The notes under the pieces were generated by a model. It was given only the letters and a program-made list of their open reading frames with translations, did not search any database and was not told the origin of the DNA. From Ignavibacteria bacterium UBA7675 (GTDB lineage: Bacteria > Bacteroidota > Ignavibacteria > Kapaibacteriales > UB7675), in the NCBI GenBank assembly GCA_002483085.1, contig DLHF01000063.1:16602-79606 (forward strand): a stretch of DNA of 63,005 nucleotides. The letters are read 5' to 3'. Shown one piece after another: positions 27,666 to 35,593 of this stretch. The position numbers and the translations under genes are program-made. Positions within the stretch are counted from its first letter, which is position 1; the number at the start of each line of letters is the position of its first letter.

Positions 27666-27760
27666 GAACCAGCAAAAACACAACGTCGGCTAAAATACAG
27701 CACATTCCCGGCGATGGCATCTATGAAAAGATGGCACACCTGGCAAAAGGAGGTCGGTGA
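27662..27760 (+). CDS. 32-aa microprotein, paralogous to the C-terminus of 27040..27420
   Basis: AAGGAG RBS, coupled on both sides, IPGDGIYEKMAHLAK. Confidence 0.6.
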   Translation: MRTSKNTTSAKIQHIPGDGIYEKMAHLAKGGR

Positions 27761-28125
27761 TGGCCACTATGATGGACGACACCGTCGAGATGCGGATGCA
27801 CGCCATGCGCATCATAGGATTTATCGAAGGGCGGCGATTCCTTGATGGAAGCGCGCAGATGGAAGAGGAGGCGCGAGGTCTGGAATCTGCGTATAAAAAG
27901 ATGGCAGCCGACATTGTTGAAAACGGGAGCGTCGACCTACCTCTACCGCCCTGCACTATAGTGTCAGCTATGTGGCTGCGTGTAACTATGCAGTTTGCAC
28001 AAAAACCTCGTTTGGCTGGATTCTCTACTCTAGAGAAGCAGACCGCGTACATCCTGAATTTCGTGGCGGAATTTGTTTACGACGGCATCCGTTCAATTAC
28101 TCACACAGGAGAACCCAATGGCTAA
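27757..28125 (+). CDS. Phage hypothetical protein
   Basis: AGGAGG RBS, coupled. Confidence 0.65.
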   Translation: MMATMMDDTVEMRMHAMRIIGFIEGRRFLDGSAQMEEEARGLESAYKKMAADIVENGSVDLPLPPCTIVSAMWLRVTMQFAQKPRLAGFSTLEKQTAYILNFVAEFVYDGIRSITHTGEPNG

Positions 28126-28396
28126 AATACAACTCAATCCACACGAGATCGCGCACGCCGAGCGGTACGGCGCGTCAATGGCCAGCATTTTCAGCCAGGA
28201 GGCTGCAAGCGTTCTGATCGGTACAATAAAAAACACAGAGAGCGATATCGGCGTTGACGAAGTTATTGCAGCCGTAACAAAATTTTTCTGGGGTGTACAC
28301 GCCAGACGCGCGGCGGTGAGTAATCGAGTGATGCGCAAGAAGTTTACTGATTCGCTCCGAAAGGAACTACTCCATGCCCTACAGAACAACTATTAG
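28118..28396 (+). CDS. Phage hypothetical protein (start placed at ATG 28118)
   Basis: AGGAG RBS upstream of MAKIQL. Confidence 0.65.
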   Translation: MAKIQLNPHEIAHAERYGASMASIFSQEAASVLIGTIKNTESDIGVDEVIAAVTKFFWGVHARRAAVSNRVMRKKFTDSLRKELLHALQNNY

Positions 28397-28405
28397 GAGA
28401 ATAGC

Positions 28406-29053
28406 GTGAAGCCAATTGAACACGTGTCAGATCAGCGCAAGCTGTTAAATCGCACACTATACATTGCATGCAGGAAATACCTGATTCGCATCGCAGGTGG
28501 CGAGCCGGACGAAGACGCTATCCGCGAACACCGGGCGGAATGCTGCTTTGACGCGACAGAAGAGAAGCGCGGCCAGGGCAAGGGTGTACGGGATTACAAA
28601 GCGCTGTCGCTCGCAGAGTTAAAGCTGGCCGTTCAGTATGCAGAAGGCAGAAAGAAAGTGCACAGGATGGCGTCTGAAGAGGCGCGTGCAAAAATGAACT
28701 ATCACGCCATGTACTGCGCCATCTATTACGCCGATCTATCCGGCATCAGCCTGAAAAGCCAACAGGTCGGGCTGGTCGTCGAGGGCGACGCACTGCGCGC
28801 TACTGTATTTTCGCTATTCCAGCGTCGCGGCCAGTTGCCGCCGAATGTATTCCAGCTACTGCGAACCAGATGGGTTAATCGCAAATGCAACGAGCTGTTG
28901 TACCAGGCGAATATGAGACCGGAGACCAGAACGCCCGAACAGTTTTACGACGCAGAACTAACCGCTGCCGAATGCAACGAACTGATAAAACGATTCAAGA
29001 AAATTCAATCAAACCTGCCGCCGATTTCGGCGTCGGCGATATCATCAAACTGA
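28406..29053 (+). CDS. GemA-like (DUF1018-like) protein
   Basis: Two L[ST]xxE helical repeats (LSLAELK, LTAAECNELIKRFK) as in Mu GemA; early-region position. Confidence 0.5.
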   Translation: MKPIEHVSDQRKLLNRTLYIACRKYLIRIAGGEPDEDAIREHRAECCFDATEEKRGQGKGVRDYKALSLAELKLAVQYAEGRKKVHRMASEEARAKMNYHAMYCAIYYADLSGISLKSQQVGLVVEGDALRATVFSLFQRRGQLPPNVFQLLRTRWVNRKCNELLYQANMRPETRTPEQFYDAELTAAECNELIKRFKKIQSNLPPISASAISSN

Positions 29054-29059
29054 GCGACT

Positions 29060-29401
29060 ATGGACTTTATTACCAACATCCTGGCCCTTGCACTCGCTGG
29101 CGGCATTTGGGTTGCCAATACATATTATTCCTGGGAACTGCGTCGGGCGCTCCGTAGCTACGAGTCGACACTGAAACAGAGCACGGCGTTGCGACCCTGC
29201 ACATATATAAACTGCTCAGCGGCAGGCTGGAGTAGATCGTCTGGCTGGTTCCATCAATGGAGGATTCACGGCGTTGGGTGTCAGAGTGAGCGCACATTCG
29301 GCGTCGTCGAGACTAAAGACGGGCAAATCATATACGTGCATCCGAACGATATAATATTTACCGACCGGAGGCCACATGATTACGCTGCAACAACAGATTG
29401 A
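29060..29401 (+). CDS. Membrane-anchored phage protein
   Basis: N-terminal TM; GWFHQW..GVVETKDGQI..V.PNDI.F domain of a common small phage type. Confidence 0.65.
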   Translation: MDFITNILALALAGGIWVANTYYSWELRRALRSYESTLKQSTALRPCTYINCSAAGWSRSSGWFHQWRIHGVGCQSERTFGVVETKDGQIIYVHPNDIIFTDRRPHDYAATTD

Positions 29402-29567
29402 GTGCGTCGAGCGAGAAATCAGCCTACGTAAACGCGTGTATTCCCGCGCAGTCCGCAACCGCACAATGACACCGGAAGACGCCCGCAGAGAGCTCGACAC
29501 AATGACCGCCGTACTGGAGACGCTGAAAAAGATTAAGGAGACCGGAAACACTATCGGGATGCTCTAA
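29376..29567 (+). CDS. Phage hypothetical protein
   Basis: GGAGG RBS; QIECVEREISLRKRVY motif. Confidence 0.7.
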   Translation: MITLQQQIECVEREISLRKRVYSRAVRNRTMTPEDARRELDTMTAVLETLKKIKETGNTIGML

Positions 29568-30016
29568 TGATAACAATTGCAGAGCAGGTCGACGTTGTAA
29601 AGCGCGACATCAATATGAGACAGAGCGTCTACAAAATCCGATTGCAGGAAGGCTCCATTTCACAGGATGTCGTCAACAGCGAACTGGCCGCAATGCGTGC
29701 CGTACTCGAAACCCTGCTGGACTACGAGCGCGTGCAGGCAGAGCTGGCCGCACATGACGCGATGGTGATAGATGACAAAGACCGCGAACTATTCCGGCAG
29801 GCATTCGAGGACGGAGGCTGCAAAGGCGCATTTGCGATCTACCTCCAGCGGCAGACAATAGCTGCGAAGAAGCAACGCGAGACCGCACAGGACAACAAGA
29901 AATTAGAACAAAAGATTCGTGAGTTACAGGGCCGTCTCATGCGGCACGAACAGACGCAAAATGATTTCGAGATAACCGGCGCATTACCGGAATTACATTC
30001 AAACACACAGGAGTAA
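29567..30016 (+). CDS. Phage hypothetical protein, N-terminus paralogous to the upstream gene
   Basis: MITIAEQVDVVKRDINMRQSVY...MRAVLETL. Confidence 0.7.
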   Translation: MITIAEQVDVVKRDINMRQSVYKIRLQEGSISQDVVNSELAAMRAVLETLLDYERVQAELAAHDAMVIDDKDRELFRQAFEDGGCKGAFAIYLQRQTIAAKKQRETAQDNKKLEQKIRELQGRLMRHEQTQNDFEITGALPELHSNTQE

Positions 30017-30018
30017 TT

Positions 30019-31341
30019 ATGACAACTGAACAGGCATCAGCACGTAAAAGCGTTGCGAGAGTATTGGCGATCCTGGTCGAAGAGTTCGGCGAGCTGGCAA
30101 AAGAGATTATCGAGCTCGGCGCTCTGCTCAAATCCAGCCCCAAAGACTACGACGCCAGGCGAGTGATTGTCAAAAAGATAAGGCGCGAAGCGGTACAGAC
30201 GGCGGCGGTAGCAATGCAGATCGTGCAGTTTATCGACCTTACAAACCACGAAGCGATTCCTGCCGATGAAACTGATGAGCGCATAAAGGAAGTGTTATAC
30301 GACAATATGTGCGATTTGAGTGTCGCCGCATTCCGCAGTTTACTGGGAGATTCCAATTCCGAGACACTGCATGCGGAACTGCCGTATGAGTCCGAAGCTG
30401 TATCACAGGAATTACAGAACATAGTCGCGTATGCAGTTGGCGCTGCCATACACAAAGCAGCAGGCGGCTCTCTAACATGGGAGACTGTAGTAAAGGCGCT
30501 CGGCGCGCAGTACGATGTGAGCATGTTCCCGAATCCGGAATCCTACGTAAAGTCGCAGGAGGATATTCAACACGTAGGTGTCGAACAATTCATAAGCATT
30601 GTCAAGGACAAAGCGGCCAGAGCACAAGAGGCGAAACTCAGCAAAGAGAACGGGCAGCCCGCCAGCGAGGAATGGAGCCAGCCTTACGTAAAGGCCATCA
30701 ACAACGACGAGACAGGGCAGCCGGTCATCTTCGGGAATACTTTCGATGCGTTCGAAGCACTGGACAAGATTAACAAATCGCTATCACCTGCTGGTAGTGT
30801 AGTCCGGCAGGCGGAAGAGCCCAAAATTGTTCAGCAGCTCGTGTACGATCTGAACTATGCTCCACCTCGAATAACCGATGACACCCGCAAGTTATGCAGA
30901 GCCATCCAATGGTACGACTACCTCTGCGCAGTCCAACCGGATAGTCCGGCAATCGAGGAACTCGATAGTGTGATCACAACGGTGCGGAATACAGTCGCAC
31001 GAAGACACAGGGGTGACGCTGCCGAAAAGCAAGCAGAAAACAAAAGCGAATATTGGATGCGCACGTGCAAAGCGAAAATGGGTGGCAGTTTGGGATGCGT
31101 AGAGGGTTACGTAATTGTGCGAACAGAAGATGATACTACCAGTATAGATAAAAATCTATTCTTTGATCGCAGCAACGGATCGTGGTTAGAACATATTGAA
31201 CCAACATCCTTCTTTGATACACTTGCTGATGCGGAAACCGCGATACTATACATCCAGCGAAAGGCAGACAGAGTCAAAACAGATAAAACAAAACAGGCAG
31301 ACGCGAACGACGCCAATCAACCCGCGCCTGCCGTTTCCTAA
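30019..31341 (+). CDS. Phage protein with N-terminal MazG-like NTP pyrophosphatase domain
   Basis: ILVEEFGELAKEI...REAVQTAAVA; rest unrecognised. Confidence 0.6.
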   Translation: MTTEQASARKSVARVLAILVEEFGELAKEIIELGALLKSSPKDYDARRVIVKKIRREAVQTAAVAMQIVQFIDLTNHEAIPADETDERIKEVLYDNMCDLSVAAFRSLLGDSNSETLHAELPYESEAVSQELQNIVAYAVGAAIHKAAGGSLTWETVVKALGAQYDVSMFPNPESYVKSQEDIQHVGVEQFISIVKDKAARAQEAKLSKENGQPASEEWSQPYVKAINNDETGQPVIFGNTFDAFEALDKINKSLSPAGSVVRQAEEPKIVQQLVYDLNYAPPRITDDTRKLCRAIQWYDYLCAVQPDSPAIEELDSVITTVRNTVARRHRGDAAEKQAENKSEYWMRTCKAKMGGSLGCVEGYVIVRTEDDTTSIDKNLFFDRSNGSWLEHIEPTSFFDTLADAETAILYIQRKADRVKTDKTKQADANDANQPAPAVS

Positions 31342-31372
31342 CGTCCTGTAGGACACAAACAAACATACAACT

Positions 31373-31939
31373 ATGTCTAAATCAAAACGACAAAAGGTTC
31401 AGGATCGTGCAGAATACATCGCGTCCTGGGAAGAAGCTGACCGCGCTCTGGCAGAGATCGCCATAGCTCAACAGAGTATAGCACACGACGAGGCTGCATA
31501 CAACCAACGTGAGCAAATTACTCGACAAAAGATGACTGACAAGCACTCGCCTATGCGGTCGCGCATCGAGGAATTGCGGTTAGGATTGAAGAATTTCTGC
31601 GAAGAGCGACGCGCGGAATTCGGGAAACGTAAGTCCGTAGAACTACAACACGGCATACTGTCGTTCCGTCTCGGCACGCCTCGCGTTGGTAAGGATAGGC
31701 GGTTTACATGGGAAGCCGTATTGGAGCTGGTTCGGCGGTCGGTATGGGCACCAAAGATCATACGCACAAAAGAAGAGCTAAATAAGGAGAGCGTTTTAGA
31801 GCTATCTACTGCATATGACCAGGGCGATACAGAAAACGGCATGTCGCCAGATGCGCTACGCGAATGCGGGATGGTCGTAGAACAAGAGGAAACGTTTGCG
31901 TTTCAGATCAAGCTCGCTGTGGATGAGGGGGGTATATGA
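31373..31939 (+). CDS. gam: Mu Gam-like host-nuclease inhibitor
   Basis: SWEEADRAL..KSVELQHGILSFRLGTP..IRTKEELNKE..G..VEQEETF. Confidence 0.88.
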   Translation: MSKSKRQKVQDRAEYIASWEEADRALAEIAIAQQSIAHDEAAYNQREQITRQKMTDKHSPMRSRIEELRLGLKNFCEERRAEFGKRKSVELQHGILSFRLGTPRVGKDRRFTWEAVLELVRRSVWAPKIIRTKEELNKESVLELSTAYDQGDTENGMSPDALRECGMVVEQEETFAFQIKLAVDEGGI

Positions 31940-32316
31940 TAAAATCGCAATCAGAGATCGCCTTAATAGGCGACTCGACAGGTACAACTGTTGTTACCCC
32001 AGTGCCGTCAAAGCTCAAGCCGCCGATTGTGCGAATAGCGATTGGAGGCTACTCGATGTACGAAGTAACGTACTACCACAACGCCAGCAGCACGCCGCAG
32101 GTGCGGCGTGTACCTGCTAATCGCCCCGAGGAAGCGTGGCTCTCCACAGTGAAACACTGCTGCATAGCATGCCGTGCAGTCGCCTACCACTGCGTTTCCA
32201 TCCTTCCAGTAGAAAAGCGCGAGACCAAAAATAAAGGTGTCGAATACGTAGAGACACCGGAGCCCGGACTGATGAGCAAAACAATGGAGAACGGAAAGAA
32301 AACAGGAGGTTTCTGA
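31936..32316 (+). CDS. Phage hypothetical protein
   Basis: Coupled to gam; GAGGGGG RBS. Confidence 0.6.
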   Translation: MIKSQSEIALIGDSTGTTVVTPVPSKLKPPIVRIAIGGYSMYEVTYYHNASSTPQVRRVPANRPEEAWLSTVKHCCIACRAVAYHCVSILPVEKRETKNKGVEYVETPEPGLMSKTMENGKKTGGF

Positions 32317-32428
32317 TGTTGTTGTTATTCATCGAACGCATGAAGCACACCAATCCCCGCGAGTTGTCCCCCACTCTCTACGCGCTCGCGGTTCGCGTGA
32401 TCCGCGTAGCAAAGAGACGGGGTGTCGC

Positions 32429-32725
32429 ATGATGTTGAGTATGATCGTAGCGGCACGGCGGAAACGCCGTGGCCGCTACAAAAAGCCGACAGTGCAACAG
32501 CAGAAACCGGCTATAGAAAAACCTGTTGTTATCGATGCCGGATTCTGTCTTTATCAGGTTGTCTATGTAGATGAAATCGGCGTGCAGTATTCAGACGGCG
32601 TCGAAGCGGTCAACCCGGCGACCGCTGTGGGTTTCGTTATCCGTGCTGCATGCGAGAGAAGAACGTCAGGAAAATACAGCGTGTTCGCCCGCCTGGTGTC
32701 GGTAAAGCCTTATAATAAATTTTAG
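32429..32725 (+). CDS. Phage hypothetical protein
   Basis: Shares a KP.V.I..G...Y.V.Y segment with 31936..32316. Confidence 0.55.
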   Translation: MMLSMIVAARRKRRGRYKKPTVQQQKPAIEKPVVIDAGFCLYQVVYVDEIGVQYSDGVEAVNPATAVGFVIRAACERRTSGKYSVFARLVSVKPYNKF

Positions 32726-32750
32726 AACTCTCTATTCGCTACCTGCAACT

Positions 32751-33731
32751 ATGGATATTACTAATCAATTGTATGATGTTGTCAGTATAGAGGAAGGCGA
32801 TCCGCGCCGCTATACAGCACATCCGTACAACACTGAATACGTCGGTGCCGACAACATGAAAGCCAGTCCGGAACTCGTTGCCGACATCGCGGAAAACGGC
32901 ATAGCCAACAAGCCGCGCATCCTGCGTACGCCGGACGGTGTCGACTACATTCTCGACGGACATCGCCGGATCGACGGAGCAATACAGCTTGGCGCGAAAA
33001 CTATTCTGGTCGAGATCGTTGTGCCCCGTCCCGGCGTGGATGTGAAGCGCATTATCCGAACGGGAAATAAGTACAGAGATCGCAACGAGCGCATGCGCAA
33101 TATCGAAGCCGTTGCACTCCTCGAAGACCTGGAGCAATCCACGAAGCTGCGAAAGTTGAAGAACCTCAAAGGCGTATATTCCGCCATTGAGATCGGCGAT
33201 TCAGATCAGACAATGAATGATGTCGCAAAATATGTCGGCGAAAGCGTTGCAACGCTAAAGCTACGCAAGCTCGTACACTATCAGCCGGTGATGAATGCGT
33301 TCTGGAAGACCGTCAACATACCTACTGCACGGAGAGATGAAATCGAACCGATGCGCGAGAAGTGCAGCAGGCGGTGGCTCGAAATCCGGGAGGCGAACAA
33401 TTCCGAGGAAATCTCCATCAGCCGGGCGGCGGAGATGGTTCGCGCTCTTCAGGAAGAAATACGGCAGCGGGCATCCGGTAAAAAACAGAAGGTAAAAACC
33501 GGCCCTGCAAAAACAAAGGTGAAGGCTGAGAAAGCAGAACAGCCGAAAGTGGGAGAGGTCGACCTGACATTCTCCTCCAGACCGAACGGCCTAATCTGGA
33601 TTGCCGTCAGCAATGGATACAAATTTGGAATTGTATCGGAGATCGGCGAGTTCGTCCCGGCGTATGAAAGCCCGGAGGGTGAACTCATTCGCCTCGACTG
33701 GGACGACATCGTGCAACCAACAGCAAACTAA
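32751..33731 (+). CDS. ParB/Srx N-terminal domain protein
   Basis: HPYN..LVADIAENGIANKP..YILDGHRR. Confidence 0.8.
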   Translation: MDITNQLYDVVSIEEGDPRRYTAHPYNTEYVGADNMKASPELVADIAENGIANKPRILRTPDGVDYILDGHRRIDGAIQLGAKTILVEIVVPRPGVDVKRIIRTGNKYRDRNERMRNIEAVALLEDLEQSTKLRKLKNLKGVYSAIEIGDSDQTMNDVAKYVGESVATLKLRKLVHYQPVMNAFWKTVNIPTARRDEIEPMREKCSRRWLEIREANNSEEISISRAAEMVRALQEEIRQRASGKKQKVKTGPAKTKVKAEKAEQPKVGEVDLTFSSRPNGLIWIAVSNGYKFGIVSEIGEFVPAYESPEGELIRLDWDDIVQPTAN

Positions 33732-33989
33732 ATGAATTGCCCCAGATGCTACAGAGACAACATCAGAACCCATCGTACCGAAAGGCATGATGGGTTTGAT
33801 ATTCGCGTCAAACTCTGCGAGGATTGCGGGGCTCGCTGGCGGTGCATTGATACAGCGCAGTACGTGTACGTCTACAATCCCCGCACCCTACGCGATGAGC
33901 TGATCCCCTTCTCCGAGTATAAAGCCAGGTATTTCGATTATCACATCGGGCAGGCAAAACATCCAGATAATAATGAAACAAATTCTTGA
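33732..33989 (+). CDS. Zinc-ribbon protein (NrdR-N/Ogr-like), possible transcription regulator
   Basis: MNCPRC..IRVKLCEDCGARW. Confidence 0.6.
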   Translation: MNCPRCYRDNIRTHRTERHDGFDIRVKLCEDCGARWRCIDTAQYVYVYNPRTLRDELIPFSEYKARYFDYHIGQAKHPDNNETNS

Positions 33990-34596
33990 AGAAGTAAAGC
34001 GACTGGTGCTGCGCCTGATGGCGCGTGGTGCGTCCAGCGCGGACATCGATGCAGAAGTCCAGAAGCTCCTTGTACAACGGGGTTTCGACGGCGCACTTAT
34101 GCGCGAGACACAGCGGGCGATGGAGCGCGAATGGGCCTCACAATACACGCTCTCCAGCGAGGAAAGGGCCGTAGCCGCCCAGATACTCGAACGATCCGAA
34201 CAGGGCTTTGCACGGGCCCGTAATCGCATAGTTAAAGGCGTTGCAAACACGGTGCTGGATGGTCTGCGCCGCGATCAATCCTCAAAGCAGGTGGAAGGCC
34301 GCCTGGTCGTTGAATTAAAGGTAGCGGAACGCCATGCGTCCACGATCGTGAACACGGCGCGAGCTGCGTTCAGTCGGGGCCGGGAGATCGGGCAGGCGTT
34401 AGACCTGGGATTGGATACGTTCCGCTATGACGGTGCCGGAGCGCAGAGACCGTTCTGTATTGCCCGGCTTGGGAATGTCTATACAATAGACGAAATTCGA
34501 TTAATGGATAACGGGATGGGTTTACCTGTCCTTTACTACTGCGGCGGTTGGCGCTGTGTACACACGTGGACAGCCGTGGAAAGGAAGCGGAAATGA
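33973..34596 (+). CDS. Head morphogenesis / minor capsid protein (Mu gpF, SPP1 gp7-like)
   Basis: TIVNTA..FRYDG..RPFC..G.VY..GGWRCVHTW. Confidence 0.75.
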   Translation: MKQILEEVKRLVLRLMARGASSADIDAEVQKLLVQRGFDGALMRETQRAMEREWASQYTLSSEERAVAAQILERSEQGFARARNRIVKGVANTVLDGLRRDQSSKQVEGRLVVELKVAERHASTIVNTARAAFSRGREIGQALDLGLDTFRYDGAGAQRPFCIARLGNVYTIDEIRLMDNGMGLPVLYYCGGWRCVHTWTAVERKRK

Positions 34597-34949
34597 GCGA
34601 CTTAAAATTTCAGGCAGAATGGCGGGACGATTGCCAGGGCAAGAAAGATTACGATGGTGATATCCTGTCGATAAGTACGCGGTACTGGCCGCGTGGTGGT
34701 GGCTTCAGCATCATAGGTGCAACCGGTTGGCAGGACAACCCAACACAGAAGAAGCCGAGCGCCACGTCGGAGCTGTTGCTGCGCATCAAAGGTGGTGTCT
34801 TGGAAGACAGCATCTGCCTGTCCTCACAGGATTTCGAGGCTGAGACAGAAGAGGAAGTAAAAACGCAAATGGAACGATGGGCACAGGATCGGATGGATGA
34901 AATTGTAGGGCTGTTGAGAACCAAGTATAAAATAGCCACCGTTCACTAA
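34593..34949 (+). CDS. Phage hypothetical protein, last gene; stop codon lies inside an end-binding site
   Basis: ATGA-coupled start at 34593; TAA within CGTTCACTAATTA. Confidence 0.65.
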   Translation: MSDLKFQAEWRDDCQGKKDYDGDILSISTRYWPRGGGFSIIGATGWQDNPTQKKPSATSELLLRIKGGVLEDSICLSSQDFEAETEEEVKTQMERWAQDRMDEIVGLLRTKYKIATVH

Positions 34950-35057
34950 TTAACGTTCCGTAATATCCGTAATTGATTTTCGCCACCGTTCACTAATTAA
35001 CGTTCCGTAATATCCGAAATCCCCCTTCCGTAATATCCGTAATATCCGAAATCCCCC
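34935..35057 (+). repeat. Right subterminal repeats: 35-bp unit x2 containing CGTTCACTAATTA, plus a TCCG(T/A)AAT array
   Basis: GCCACCGTTCACTAATTAACGTTCCGTAATATCCG at 34935 and 34982; CCGTAATAT at 34958, 35005, 35028, 35037. Confidence 0.88.
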
Positions 35058-35178
35058 GCCTGTACTTCTGTTGAAATTGCCGTTTTTTCGCAAAATTAAA
35101 GGAAGGCTTTGTTTGAGCCCGGCAACCGGCGCACCAGATCGACCCGTCGAGAGTGGTGTGCGGACAATTATTTGCCAA

Positions 35179-35191
35179 TAATTAGTGAACG
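35179..35191 (-). repeat. Right-end putative transposase-binding site (TAATTAGTGAACG)
   Basis: Exact reverse complement of the 13-mer. Confidence 0.85.
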
Positions 35192-35233
35192 ACACCCCGA
35201 ATTTCGCTAAATTTCCCCGGTCTCAGTAACAAC

Positions 35234-35250
35234 TAATTAGTGAACGCTCC
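35234..35250 (-). repeat. Right terminal inverted repeat TAATTAGTGAACGCTCC
   Basis: Exact reverse complement of 1734-1750. Confidence 0.92.
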
Positions 35251-35254
35251 CTAT
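35251..35254 (+). repeat. Right copy of putative 4-bp target-site duplication (CTAT)
   Basis: Matches 1730-1733. Confidence 0.75.
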
Positions 35255-35270
35255 GGCTGCGGTAAGAATC

Positions 35271-35520
35271 TGTAGCACGGGCGTTTTTTTCAGAAGTTCC
35301 GCCGCTGTCACCGGTCGCACAATCCGTTCTTCGGCTGGCCAAAAGCCTTTCGCTGGTGTGGAAATCGGAGGCGAAAGGTCGAAAGAACACATCTGCGTGC
35401 ATCTGGTGCATACAGGTTGCCTGCGTTACGCCAGCACTATGCGGAAGGCGGGTGGACTACAACGCGGCGGATATGCAGCGCGGTGCAAAGACTAACAGCA
35501 TGGGCAGCGACCAAAGCGCA
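35271..35520 (-). repeat. Dispersed intergenic repeat, copy A (REP-like end)
   Basis: Shares TGCGACCGGTGACAGCG, ACGCCCGTGC, GCAC(C/T)GCGCTGCA and, with copy C, TGCGCTT(T/C)GGTCGCTGC blocks with the copies near 48.6 and 56.9 kb. Confidence 0.75.
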
Positions 35521-35593
35521 AAAGATGTCTCTATCTCTATAGTTTGGCTTTGTTGGCGGAATTGGACAACTTCCTGTTATTCGGAATACATCT

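Larger units (their letters stand above)
1734..35250. mobile_element. Transposable (Mu-like) prophage with non-contractile tail, 33,517 bp, apparently intact
   Basis: Perfect 17-bp terminal inverted repeats, CTAT direct repeat on both sides, DDE-fold transposase, Gam, terminase, portal, capsid, tape measure and lysis genes; host genes on both flanks. Confidence 0.9.

Noticed and set aside
34935-35057. Right-end repeats as a CRISPR array or coding ORFs (34950..35195, 34993..35178)
   Set aside because: Only two long units with a 12-bp gap; the ORFs are repeat-derived (ITDITE) with no RBS.
1720-35264. Canonical Mu-type TG...CA ends starting at TG 1720
   Set aside because: The symmetric right position ends in TA, the sequence outside the 17-bp IR is not symmetric, and the flanks (AAAGT vs AGAAT) give no 5-bp duplication.
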